Below, one piece after another: positions 1-8,716 of a DNA stretch of 64,000 nt; the first letter of the stretch is position 1; every line of letters begins with the position of its first letter. A program made the translations under genes and the position numbers. Source of the DNA: Fibrobacteria bacterium (GTDB lineage Bacteria > Fibrobacterota > Fibrobacteria > UBA11236); the NCBI GenBank assembly GCA_043745805.1, contig JAYTSD010000008.1:288001-352000 (forward strand). The letters run 5' to 3'. The notes beneath the pieces are model-generated. The model was not told where the DNA came from and did no database searches. It saw only the letters and a list, made by a program, of their open reading frames with translations.

Positions 1-543
1 AATAGCAAGCACTAATATGGGTAATAAATAATAGCTAAACCAAGGCCAGAATTTAAACGCCCCTTCGGGCGGTGTGGTCGAGTAAAAATGAAAGCCTCCA
101 AAAACGATCGCTAATACAATATATCCTAATACAAAAACCGGGATAGAAGAAATTGTATAAACAAAAGAACCTATTAATTTTCCGGTTCGTGAAGCGGGCC
201 GTAAACCCATTAATAATCCCACCGGCAAAGACAAGATGAGTGAAACCAAAACCGACCCAAAGGTTAATGCTAAAGTAGGAGGCGCATAATCCCAGAGTAA
301 TTTGGAAACCGAACTGCCATCCACTAAGGATAAGCCAAAATTAAATCCTAAACAATCACGGAGCCAAAATAAATATTGTAAAACTAGCGGTTGATCCAAA
401 TGTAAAACATGTGCCGTTGCCGAAGAAAGATTATGTATTTCAGCAATATTTCCGGGTGTCAAATGCACAATGAAAAAAATTAACAGCGAAACCAAAAACA
501 AAGATCCTAAAAAAAGGATCAAAAGCCTAAGGATGGATTTCAT
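1..543 (-). CDS. Peptide/nickel ABC transporter permease (DppB/OppB-like), 3' end runs off the window
   Basis: Not in the ORF track. My translation from ATG at 543 gives MKSILRLLILFLGSLFLVSLLIFFIVHLTPGN...LHLDQPLVLQYLFWL...FNFGLSL...PPTLALT...SSIPVFVLG, the typical DppB N-terminal motifs. The frame is open to position 1. Confidence 0.9.
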   Translation of the reverse strand, partial: MKSILRLLILFLGSLFLVSLLIFFIVHLTPGNIAEIHNLSSATAHVLHLDQPLVLQYLFWLRDCLGFNFGLSLVDGSSVSKLLWDYAPPTLALTFGSVLVSLILSLPVGLLMGLRPASRTGKLIGSFVYTISSIPVFVLGYIVLAIVFGGFHFYSTTPPEGAFKFWPWFSYYLLPILVLAI

Positions 544-568
544 AAAACAATTTCCATCCCTAGATAAT

Positions 569-982
569 TTATGGACTTGATTTCAGGATTTTTTCCCCGA
601 TCCCATTAGTTTCACCTTCGGTAGGCCCACCTTCAAGTACGGCATCTTTACCTTCAATTTCCCTTGATAGACGAACAATAATATTTTTATTATTTCCCTT
701 TTTGGGTTTGAAAGAACGTACATAACCCATATTGCCGTCTTTATCTTCAGCAATCAAGGTGTATTCGCTTTCCTCTACAATATTGTCGCTCAACTTAAAT
801 GCGCCATCATTATCTACGCGAACAGATTCTGTTCGTGGAGAGGAATAGACTACTACATTGGCTTCCGTTAATTTAGATCCATCAGGTCGTACTACATGCC
901 CACTAATACTGGTTCCACAACCAATAATAAGTGCTGCCGACCCAATACTCCAAGCCGTGATCCAACTTTTCGAATTCAACAT
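569..982 (-). CDS. Small lipoprotein with carboxypeptidase-regulatory-like (transthyretin-like beta-sandwich) domain
   Basis: Lipobox IIGC, then ISGHVV..DG...ANVVV....VDNDGAFKL pattern. Sits inside the ABC operon. Confidence 0.65.
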   Translation of the reverse strand: MLNSKSWITAWSIGSAALIIGCGTSISGHVVRPDGSKLTEANVVVYSSPRTESVRVDNDGAFKLSDNIVEESEYTLIAEDKDGNMGYVRSFKPKKGNNKNIIVRLSREIEGKDAVLEGGPTEGETNGIGEKILKSSP

Positions 983-985
983 TTT

Positions 986-2656
986 TTAATCCCTCTCATC
1001 TTCAGGAATAAACCACTCGTTCACGAAGGTGAAAAAGCGATAGGGGTGAACTACGGCTTTTTTTACTTTGTTCTCTATTGCCGCATTCTTTTCTAAAGTC
1101 CAGAGGAATGTATAAGGACATTCCTCTGCTAATAATTCATGGAGGTCATAATTAATACGACGACGAACTTCATGATTAATGGTTTTAGAAAAAGTCCCCA
1201 ATAAACTATCCACTTTGGGGCTTTTAAAAGAAATGAAATTATCGCCTGATGGCGGTTTATTTTTTGTGGAATGAAATAATGAAGAAATATCGGAGGAGTT
1301 ATCAAATAACCATTCCGCAAACACAATATCAAAATCATGTTTCGCTTTTACTTCTTCTTTCCATTTTTCATATTCTCGATGTTCTAAGTCTACTTGCACA
1401 CCAATAGCTTTTAAATAATTTTGAAAGCGTAAGCATACCGACAAGCCACCTTCATTACCGCTATAAATAGGAATTTTAAGTTTGAATTTTAAAGGCATGC
1501 CTTTATATTCTAAAATTTTATCTCCGTCGGTATCCTTCATGCCCAACTTTTCCAACATGGCGCGTGCTTTTGCGGGGTCATATGGCCAAGGGGCTACATC
1601 GGGATTATAGCCCCACGAAGCTGGAGAAAATGGTCCGGAAATAACTTCCCCTTTGCCAAAATAAATATCTTCTAACATTTTATTTCGGTCTAAGGCCAAA
1701 GTAAAAGCCTGGCGCACTTCTTTAATTTTTAAAATCGGATTATTGTTATTGTATCCGAAAAAGGCAAATGCTAAAGAGTTATAAGGTATGACCGTGAACT
1801 TACCCGTGTTCGCAATTTCTGCAATTTTTCCTGGAGGAACTTCTACCACTAAATGAATGGCATTAAGTAATAAACTTTGTACAAGTAATGAAATTTCGGG
1901 TTGATACACCATTTTAATTTCACCAATATTCGAAACACCACCATAATGATCCGCAAATGCCGTAAGAATCACATCATGATTTTTCGTTTCTTTTTCAAAT
2001 TTATAATAGCCTGTTCCAATAGGGTTTTTCGCAAACTTGGAAAATTTTGATAATACTGGTTTATTATCAAAAACATGGGCGGGAATAATTTTAAACAAAA
2101 AACGACGTTCGGGTTCCGCTACACTGGTATTAAAATCGAATTTAATAACATTATCCCCTAATACCGTCACACTTTTTATCACTTCTAAAGCCTGACGACT
2201 TTCAGGACGTACATCTGAAAGTGGATTCATCAAAGCATCATAAGTAAACTTCACATCATTCGCAGTGAAAGGAGTTCCATCATGCCATTTCACATCTTTA
2301 CGTAAATAAAAGGTAATGCGCTGGTTACCATTAAAAACATTCCATTTTTCAGCCAAACGACCTTTAATTTCACCTTTATAATCAATGAATACCAAAGATT
2401 CAAAAAGCAGTTCGGATAAACGCAAAGACGTTTCATTATCCGAAGTAGTAATAGGATCATAAGTATCGGGCAAAATGGGTTCGGCATAAATTAAACGCCC
2501 ACCTTTTGCTTCGCCTGCTTTAGGTTCCGATTTATCAGGTGCTTTAGAAAAACTCACTGAATGCATGAGTAAAGCAGATATAAGTAATGTTGAAAGAGAA
2601 GAAAAAGACATAAAACTTACCCTATTGTACTTGTTGTTTGCATTGTTACACTTCAC
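986..2656 (-). CDS. ABC transporter substrate-binding protein, family 5 (peptide/AppA-DppA-like); likely start 2611
   Basis: Motifs LAEKW, FYLRKDVKWHDGTPFTANDVKFT, PIGTGYYK, VRQAFTLALDR and YDPAKARAML. Confidence 0.93.
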   Translation of the reverse strand: MKCNNANNKYNRVSFMSFSSLSTLLISALLMHSVSFSKAPDKSEPKAGEAKGGRLIYAEPILPDTYDPITTSDNETSLRLSELLFESLVFIDYKGEIKGRLAEKWNVFNGNQRITFYLRKDVKWHDGTPFTANDVKFTYDALMNPLSDVRPESRQALEVIKSVTVLGDNVIKFDFNTSVAEPERRFLFKIIPAHVFDNKPVLSKFSKFAKNPIGTGYYKFEKETKNHDVILTAFADHYGGVSNIGEIKMVYQPEISLLVQSLLLNAIHLVVEVPPGKIAEIANTGKFTVIPYNSLAFAFFGYNNNNPILKIKEVRQAFTLALDRNKMLEDIYFGKGEVISGPFSPASWGYNPDVAPWPYDPAKARAMLEKLGMKDTDGDKILEYKGMPLKFKLKIPIYSGNEGGLSVCLRFQNYLKAIGVQVDLEHREYEKWKEEVKAKHDFDIVFAEWLFDNSSDISSLFHSTKNKPPSGDNFISFKSPKVDSLLGTFSKTINHEVRRRINYDLHELLAEECPYTFLWTLEKNAAIENKVKKAVVHPYRFFTFVNEWFIPEDERD

Positions 2657-2661
2657 TCGAT

Positions 2662-4080
2662 TTACCCACCCTTTCGCAATATACGCTGGGATTCATAGTT
2701 TCTAGCTAAACCCGCAGAGATTCCTTGCATGCAATAATACATTTGTCGACAAGCGGGAAACTCTTTTTGAAGATGATATAAAGTCTCAACAATTTCTTCA
2801 TAACGTAATTTATTGGTTTTGAAAATAGCGAAACCATATTGAATCATATACTCAGGATCAATAATATCGATGCGATTGCGAAATTCAATTTTATATCCTT
2901 TAGCTAATTGCGCAAGTGCAGATTCATTTTGGCCCATAGCTAAAAGTAAAGATCCATATGTTTTATAATAAATAGGATTGTTCTTTTCCCTTAAGGTTTG
3001 TTCCGACAATCTAGCACCCACGGCTAAATCGATGCCTATCAAAGCATAACACTCTGCAATATCTCTTTTCACTGAAGAATTTTTTCCATTTTTTTTCACC
3101 AAATCTTCGAGTATGAGTTTTGCTTCCTTTACTTTATTTTGTTTGGCTAAAATGCGTGCTTTTAAAAGCATACCCGGTATTGATGATTCATTTGCCAAAG
3201 CACCATCTGCCTCCGTAACCTGATCGAGGCTTAAATAATTTTCTGCTAATGCAACATTAGTATTAAACTTTGAGGCAATATCGGGGAATTTTTTTTCCTC
3301 ATTTAAAATTTGCAAATTGAGCAATTTACTGGCCGTATAAAAGGCTTGGGATAAAGTAAACAATTCATTGGGATCGTAAAAATTGATTTGTGAATTTTTA
3401 CCCTGATCACTGTAGGCTTCGGGTTGCTCAGCATCTGCTAACAAAGCATTAATGGCATTTTCTAAATCCGCTAAAGAACTTGGATTCGTCAACATCAATT
3501 TCAACTTACATCGATGTGAACGCGCTGAGGTAGCTGCTAAATTTTTAGGGTAATCGGCATCCTTAAATTCCAGGTTTTGCCAAATGGCTGCATTATCCTT
3601 AAGGTTAAGTGATCCAGCCTCGGCCTCACCTAGCTTTCGTTTAGATTGAGCAATATAAACATCAGCCATTTCAATAATAACTGAAGTAGCCTTTGGGCCT
3701 TTCTTTGCTTTTTCTAAAAAAGTTTTAGCCATAGCGAAATTGCCGAAATAAAATTGAATTTGCCCCTCATACAAAGCGCTAATAGCCGTAGGATAATTTT
3801 GCCATTGATCGGCATAATATGCGTCTAGTAAAAAAAGCGAAAATTTATGAAACTCTTGGTATAAACCTCCCAGTTTTTCATAAGCCAAAGCTTTGCCTTT
3901 AATAGCACGCAAACCTTTTTCGTCCACTTTGCCAGGTTTGATATCGTTATTCCAAACTTCAATTGCTTCGGAATAACGATGCCTTTTAATCAGATCAACA
4001 GGATCAGCATTAATAGTTGCTACAAGCAACAGGAAGACACTGCCGGTGATTAAAAGTTTATTTGGTTTTGAAAAGATCAT
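2662..4080 (-). CDS. Exported TPR-like helical repeat protein
   Basis: Signal peptide followed by Ala/Leu/Tyr-rich helical repeats. Overlaps the upstream gene. Confidence 0.65.
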   Translation of the reverse strand: MIFSKPNKLLITGSVFLLLVATINADPVDLIKRHRYSEAIEVWNNDIKPGKVDEKGLRAIKGKALAYEKLGGLYQEFHKFSLFLLDAYYADQWQNYPTAISALYEGQIQFYFGNFAMAKTFLEKAKKGPKATSVIIEMADVYIAQSKRKLGEAEAGSLNLKDNAAIWQNLEFKDADYPKNLAATSARSHRCKLKLMLTNPSSLADLENAINALLADAEQPEAYSDQGKNSQINFYDPNELFTLSQAFYTASKLLNLQILNEEKKFPDIASKFNTNVALAENYLSLDQVTEADGALANESSIPGMLLKARILAKQNKVKEAKLILEDLVKKNGKNSSVKRDIAECYALIGIDLAVGARLSEQTLREKNNPIYYKTYGSLLLAMGQNESALAQLAKGYKIEFRNRIDIIDPEYMIQYGFAIFKTNKLRYEEIVETLYHLQKEFPACRQMYYCMQGISAGLARNYESQRILRKGG

Positions 4081-5374
4081 ACTTCTCAGCTTCTATTTTC
4101 TGTGCACCAACTCTTAGATCAGAGCCAATTAATACGGATGCAAAAATCTGGAATTCTAATCCACTTTGCCCTGCAAAAACAATTATAGGGGTATTGGGCA
4201 AGCAATCTACATCTCGGTGAATACTGCTTTGAGTAGTTATGGTAGCTCGAGTATAATTTTGATCATAAAGCCATTTTTCCAAATTCACAACTTCCAGTGG
4301 ATTCAATCGACTACTTTCACGTTTCGCATATACTATGGCGCGCGAGCCCGGAAGCCAAGTCGGTCCGCAGTAACTGCTAGGAAAAACATTTTCGGCAATC
4401 TTAGGTGTTTTGCCATGTAAATCCGCAACTTCAACCAAATGACCTTGAGGATCAATTTTAAGTTGCATCACGCCAATATCCACAACTCTATCATTTAAAT
4501 CATTAGAAATTTGATAGGCCACAAAGTGACCATCAAAAGACCAAGACGGATGGCTTTTATTATTTGTGATTTGATTATTAAACAGTTTGATTTTGTGATT
4601 GTCCTTAAAATCCATCAAAGCAATGGTGTATAAACCTTTTTTCTTTGAACCACTAGTGCGTGTAGTAAAAGCTAAGTAGCGGCCATCGGGTGAGTAAGCA
4701 GGAAACATTTCTTCGCCGACATTGTCAGTTAAACGTACGAAAGCATTTTTTTCTTCTTTTTTGGTGCCGCGATCAAAATATTTGGAAATGTCTTCTACCA
4801 TGTACAAATCGCCTTCGCCCGTGCGTGCCGATACAAAAATCAAACTTTTCCCATCGGGAGACCAGCGCGGAGATGCATCTACTTCGGGATCGAAAGTAAT
4901 CCGTGTATGCGCTTTAGAACCTATAGCCCCAATGTAAATATCGTGATTATTCACTCCGCCGGCACTGACATAGGCATAATATTGTACGCCATGATTTAAT
5001 ACCGGACACCATTCTAATTCATCCTCATAGCCTTTGAAAATGCTTTGATCAGGATCATCTTCCATATTTACATCTTCAATTTTTTCGGAAACTTTATGCG
5101 GCGTGATTTGCGTAACTTCTTTCGATTTTGCATCGAATAACCAGATTTGTCGATTATCTCTAACCTGACGAACAAAGGCCACATAGTTCACAAAATTAGG
5201 GCAGATTTTAGGATGAAAAAGTTGCCCTGAAATTTTTGGATTAGCACTTGTAACTACTGTAACAGTATTAGCAGCATCCGTGGCATCCGCAGACCAACTA
5301 GTTTGGCATAGAAGGAAGAGAGCGCTTCCAAACAATACGCGAATCATTTGCATGGTTGACCTTTCGAAGGACAT
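4058..5374 (-). CDS. TolB-like beta-propeller (PD40 repeats), exported
   Basis: Signal peptide. Repeats PRWSPDGKSLIFVS, PAYSPDGRYLAFT, PSWSFDGHFVAY and PTWLPGSRAIVY. Confidence 0.85.
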   Translation of the reverse strand: MSFERSTMQMIRVLFGSALFLLCQTSWSADATDAANTVTVVTSANPKISGQLFHPKICPNFVNYVAFVRQVRDNRQIWLFDAKSKEVTQITPHKVSEKIEDVNMEDDPDQSIFKGYEDELEWCPVLNHGVQYYAYVSAGGVNNHDIYIGAIGSKAHTRITFDPEVDASPRWSPDGKSLIFVSARTGEGDLYMVEDISKYFDRGTKKEEKNAFVRLTDNVGEEMFPAYSPDGRYLAFTTRTSGSKKKGLYTIALMDFKDNHKIKLFNNQITNNKSHPSWSFDGHFVAYQISNDLNDRVVDIGVMQLKIDPQGHLVEVADLHGKTPKIAENVFPSSYCGPTWLPGSRAIVYAKRESSRLNPLEVVNLEKWLYDQNYTRATITTQSSIHRDVDCLPNTPIIVFAGQSGLEFQIFASVLIGSDLRVGAQKIEAEKYDLFKTK

Positions 5375-6663
5375 TAAAGAGGAGAAAGGCTTTTTAAATA
5401 ATTTTCAGCCTTTGTATTATCACTTTTAAATTTTTCGTTTTTAGAAAACCAAACTTGATAATCCTTCCATTTAATTACCGCTTGGGTTCGATAAAAACTT
5501 TGTTTATCAGGATCGGAAGCATTTTTGTACAAACGCGTCCATGCTAAGGCCCAAAAATATTTTGTTCGTTGCATGACATCATCAAAAACTGCTGGCTCAA
5601 TGAAGCTTTGGTCGCGAGTAACTGCTTCGAAGGATTGATGCGCCTTCGCAAATTGTTTTAATTCCACATAGCAAATCCCTAAATTCATATTAGCGATAGG
5701 ATAATACTTTTCAAAATCAAGCACATTGGTATAGGCTGTAACCGCCTCAGAAAGATGGCCCGTTTTCTGTAAAGCCAAACCTCTTAAAAAATTTCCTTTT
5801 ACATATTCATCACGTTCTTTTATGCCTCGTTTTTTGGAGTTCGGTTTTGGCATGGCAGCAAAGCTTCGCACCGCATTTGCATAATCTTGTTGCTTATAGG
5901 CTTCTACGCCATTTTTATAATTGGGAGAAGCATCTGCTGAGGCAGAATCGCTATTCGAAATTTTTGGTAATTCGGCTACGGCCTTTTTGCTCTCTTCACT
6001 TGGTTCAACATGCGCAGGCATTGGTAAATCTTCTGGCACAAAGGCTTTAGTTACAATCTTTTTTGGTTCCGGAATAACTTCTTTAGGAGCAGGTGTTGCT
6101 ACCGGAGTAATCGGCTCTACTTTGGGTTCAATTTTAGGCTGTACTTTGGGAACAGGCATTGGTTCCGGCTTGCGTTCAACAATATTAGCTTCAGGTTTAA
6201 CTTTTTTTACCATAGGCTCTTTTGGAGTAACCACTTTAGGTTCACTATAAGATTCATCAATTTTAGGGTGAATCTTATTTACTTTGGGTTTTTCTTTCAC
6301 TACTTTTAACGGTTTCTCAACTGGCGCCTCGACATTTACTTTTTCCGAATCAACTTTAACCGGAGCGGTCACAACTGCCAATGTTTCGGGTTGCGCTTCA
6401 GGAGTTTTATTCGCCAAAGAGTCTGGTGTAAAAGCAGTTGTTGATTCCGGTGCCGGAGATTCAGAAATTGCCATTTCGCTTTGGCTATTAAGAGCATTTT
6501 TAATTCTCTCCGCACTGCGAGTTTTTTGTAACTCCATCCAGCCCCAAACAAGAACTCCTAAAACAATAATCGCCAATATTATTGCCGCAGAAATCAGTTG
6601 ATTCTTTTTCTTGCGCCTTGCTGAAACTTCCATGTAATCCAAATTATTATCACTCATATTCAA
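5374..6663 (-). CDS. Membrane-anchored protein: N-terminal TM, long Pro/Lys/Glu linker, C-terminal TPRs
   Basis: TM ISAAIILAIIVLGVLVWGW, PKVEP/PEPK-rich linker and TPR motifs (ANMNLGICYVELKQFAKAHQSFE). TAATG overlap with the next gene. Confidence 0.75.
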   Translation of the reverse strand: MNMSDNNLDYMEVSARRKKKNQLISAAIILAIIVLGVLVWGWMELQKTRSAERIKNALNSQSEMAISESPAPESTTAFTPDSLANKTPEAQPETLAVVTAPVKVDSEKVNVEAPVEKPLKVVKEKPKVNKIHPKIDESYSEPKVVTPKEPMVKKVKPEANIVERKPEPMPVPKVQPKIEPKVEPITPVATPAPKEVIPEPKKIVTKAFVPEDLPMPAHVEPSEESKKAVAELPKISNSDSASADASPNYKNGVEAYKQQDYANAVRSFAAMPKPNSKKRGIKERDEYVKGNFLRGLALQKTGHLSEAVTAYTNVLDFEKYYPIANMNLGICYVELKQFAKAHQSFEAVTRDQSFIEPAVFDDVMQRTKYFWALAWTRLYKNASDPDKQSFYRTQAVIKWKDYQVWFSKNEKFKSDNTKAENYLKSLSPL

Positions 6664-6700
6664 ATCCTAAAAAAATAAACTGTCGTGCCTCAATGGGAAT

Positions 6701-7834
6701 TTACTGTTCCACAGAGGGAGGTAAAGGAGGAGATTTTACCGTTTGCAAAAAACTTGCTTCATCGGTATTGCTCGTTTTTGTTTTACCCATTTTATCTACC
6801 CAATAAGCAGCTAATCCACCGCCAACTCCCAGTGCACCTAGGGAAAGCCAAAGCATAGTATTGGTTTTTTTTTCTTCTACTTTAGGCACATTGGCAATTT
6901 CTTTTTCTTCTTTTTCATTACTGAAAAGAGTATTAAAAAAAATCCGTTCCGAGTCCAGCAATTTCACTAAATCCTCAGTAGGCTGTGGAGGCATTTCTAA
7001 AACCAAATTTTTGTGGCTTATATCAAACATGGAAAGGCGATAAACATAACTTCTACCATCGCGATTAAGTTTAGTATAAACCAAATTAGACACACCTAAT
7101 TTTTGGCCTAAGCCAATCATATTATCATTCGATGACGCAATCGAGAATTTATTTACTTCTAAAGCCGCGAGAAGTTCATTCAATTCGGTAGGACTCATTA
7201 AATCATATTGCGTACTGCCATAAATTCGGGTACAAACTCTCTCAAAAAAGACTCTTGAGATAAATGAATTTTCGCTAAGATCGACCACCGCTAGGGGCTT
7301 TTTTACTTTACTTTTTATCGCATTCAACAGAATGGGATCCAGTTCATGCGAAAATTTTGCAAAAGCTTTTTCCCAATTTTTGGCTTTCTCGCTAGGTATA
7401 GTAGATTGTGATTCTGTAACCTTGGTCCAAATAATTTTGGCACTTCCGATATGGAGCAACTTTAAAGTTATAGCCTCCATGCTTCCCAGTGGAGCCGTAG
7501 TGCCATAAAGCACATAATCAGCTTGTAGAATATTTCCAATGTCAAAAGAACATTGAGAGTTATTGCAAATTTGATTGGGGTTCAAATTGAATTCTGTATA
7601 TTTTTTTAGAGCAGAATCACGTGAAACCACATTCCATTTTCCACTTTCAACGAGATCGTGGCGTATCACCGAAGATATTTCCACTTTGAATTGATTTTCG
7701 CTTAAATCCACTAAATCTAAAACAGCGAGCCGAGGTTTTTTTACCACTGAATCGGCTGTTGAAATATTTGCACACCAAACAGAAGTTGCGCTCATCGCGA
7801 ATAACATCATTATGCCCAATTTAACCAAAGCCAC
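6701..7834 (-). CDS. Exported protein with two tandem CsgG/TolB_N-like alpha/beta domains and a C-terminal TM + PPxPP tail
   Basis: Duplicated domain starts KPRLAVLDL and KPLAVVDL. CNNSQCSFDIGNILQADYVLYG motif. C-terminal LWLSLGALGVGGGLAAYW...PPLPP. Confidence 0.6.
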   Translation of the reverse strand: MALVKLGIMMLFAMSATSVWCANISTADSVVKKPRLAVLDLVDLSENQFKVEISSVIRHDLVESGKWNVVSRDSALKKYTEFNLNPNQICNNSQCSFDIGNILQADYVLYGTTAPLGSMEAITLKLLHIGSAKIIWTKVTESQSTIPSEKAKNWEKAFAKFSHELDPILLNAIKSKVKKPLAVVDLSENSFISRVFFERVCTRIYGSTQYDLMSPTELNELLAALEVNKFSIASSNDNMIGLGQKLGVSNLVYTKLNRDGRSYVYRLSMFDISHKNLVLEMPPQPTEDLVKLLDSERIFFNTLFSNEKEEKEIANVPKVEEKKTNTMLWLSLGALGVGGGLAAYWVDKMGKTKTSNTDEASFLQTVKSPPLPPSVEQ

Positions 7835-7946
7835 CTCAATTAAAAAGATACTTCATGCCGACAGAATTTGACCCAAAAGTAAACAAATTCTTCTCGCTCG
7901 CTATAAATAATTTCCTTAAGAAGTTTTTCCTTAAGGTTTGTCTCTA

Positions 7947-7975
7947 TTGCAAGGCCGAAAAACTTATTCTAGCTT
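7947..7975 (+). promoter_or_regulatory. Putative sigma70-type promoter of tRNA-Cys
   Basis: TTGCAA-N17-TAGCTT ending 10 nt before the tRNA. Confidence 0.45.
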
Positions 7976-7985
7976 AACGCCCGAT

Positions 7986-8060
7986 GGCGACATACCCAAG
8001 TGGTAAGGGGGAGCTCTGCAAAAGCTTTATTCAGCGGTTCGAATCCGCTTGTCGCCTCCA
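7986..8060 (+). tRNA. tRNA-Cys (GCA)
   Basis: Acceptor GGCGACA/TGTCGCC, anticodon arm GAGCT-CTGCAAA-AGCTT, T-loop GGTTCGAATCC, U73 discriminator and encoded CCA. Confidence 0.97.
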
Positions 8061-8089
8061 AATTTACTCCGCCCCTAAATTGTATTGAT

Positions 8090-8695
8090 TTATTTGCCTG
8101 TGAGGTTAACATCTACTTTCACATCATCTTCTGGCAATACATTGACATGAATTTCTTTGGCCCGCTTGCCTTTGGAGGATATTTTAAATACCCGAGTTCC
8201 CGCTTCGACGTGATTAATGGTTAAAGGGCCGCCGGTAGTATTTCCTACGATTTCTCCATCAATACTTATAGAAGCATGCGGAGGAATAGTGGTAATGGTC
8301 ACGGAACCATAAGGCATTTTCAAAGTCTTTTCAATAACAGTTTGCTTATTTGGCCAAATATTAACTCTCTCTTTAACCAACTCTTCCCCATTGAGCATGA
8401 TGGTTAAAGTGTGACGTCCCGTTTCAAAATTCATCTCTATAGGCGATGGACCTAATTTTTGACCGCCCAAATAAACAATGGCTTTTTCAGGTATAGTACG
8501 AATAACAACTTGGCCTATTTGTCCTCGTGGAGGAATCCCTGCATCATCGACAGGGCCAACTCCCGCACTATCTTGTGCAAAAAGAGGTAAGGCTAAAATA
8601 AGGGTAAAAATGGCTATGAGAATTTGCTTACTTTTAATCACATGCATATAAATTCCTCCATGTATAACACACTTAATATACAGAAAAATTATCAA
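8090..8695 (-). CDS. PEGA domain protein (two PEGA domains); likely start 8647
   Basis: IRTIPEKAIVYLGG..LGPSP and ITTIPPHASISIDGE.VGNT motifs. GGAGG SD before ATG at 8647. Confidence 0.85.
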   Translation of the reverse strand: MIIFLYIKCVIHGGIYMHVIKSKQILIAIFTLILALPLFAQDSAGVGPVDDAGIPPRGQIGQVVIRTIPEKAIVYLGGQKLGPSPIEMNFETGRHTLTIMLNGEELVKERVNIWPNKQTVIEKTLKMPYGSVTITTIPPHASISIDGEIVGNTTGGPLTINHVEAGTRVFKISSKGKRAKEIHVNVLPEDDVKVDVNLTGK

Positions 8696-8716
8696 TCTGG
8701 CCTAATCTTAACGGTT

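Noticed and set aside
5921-6601. Long antisense ORFs (also 12095-12433, 41166-41552, 57613-58065, 61817-62188 and others)
   Set aside because: They are shadows or alternate frames of well-supported genes, with no motifs or start signals.
7911-7936. TTTCCTTAAG direct repeat / CCTTAAGG palindrome (also near 30858)
   Set aside because: It is short and AT-rich and also occurs inside a CDS (~2988), so it cannot be distinguished from chance.
8000-8224. 74-aa ORF
   Set aside because: It runs through tRNA-Cys and antisense to the PEGA gene.
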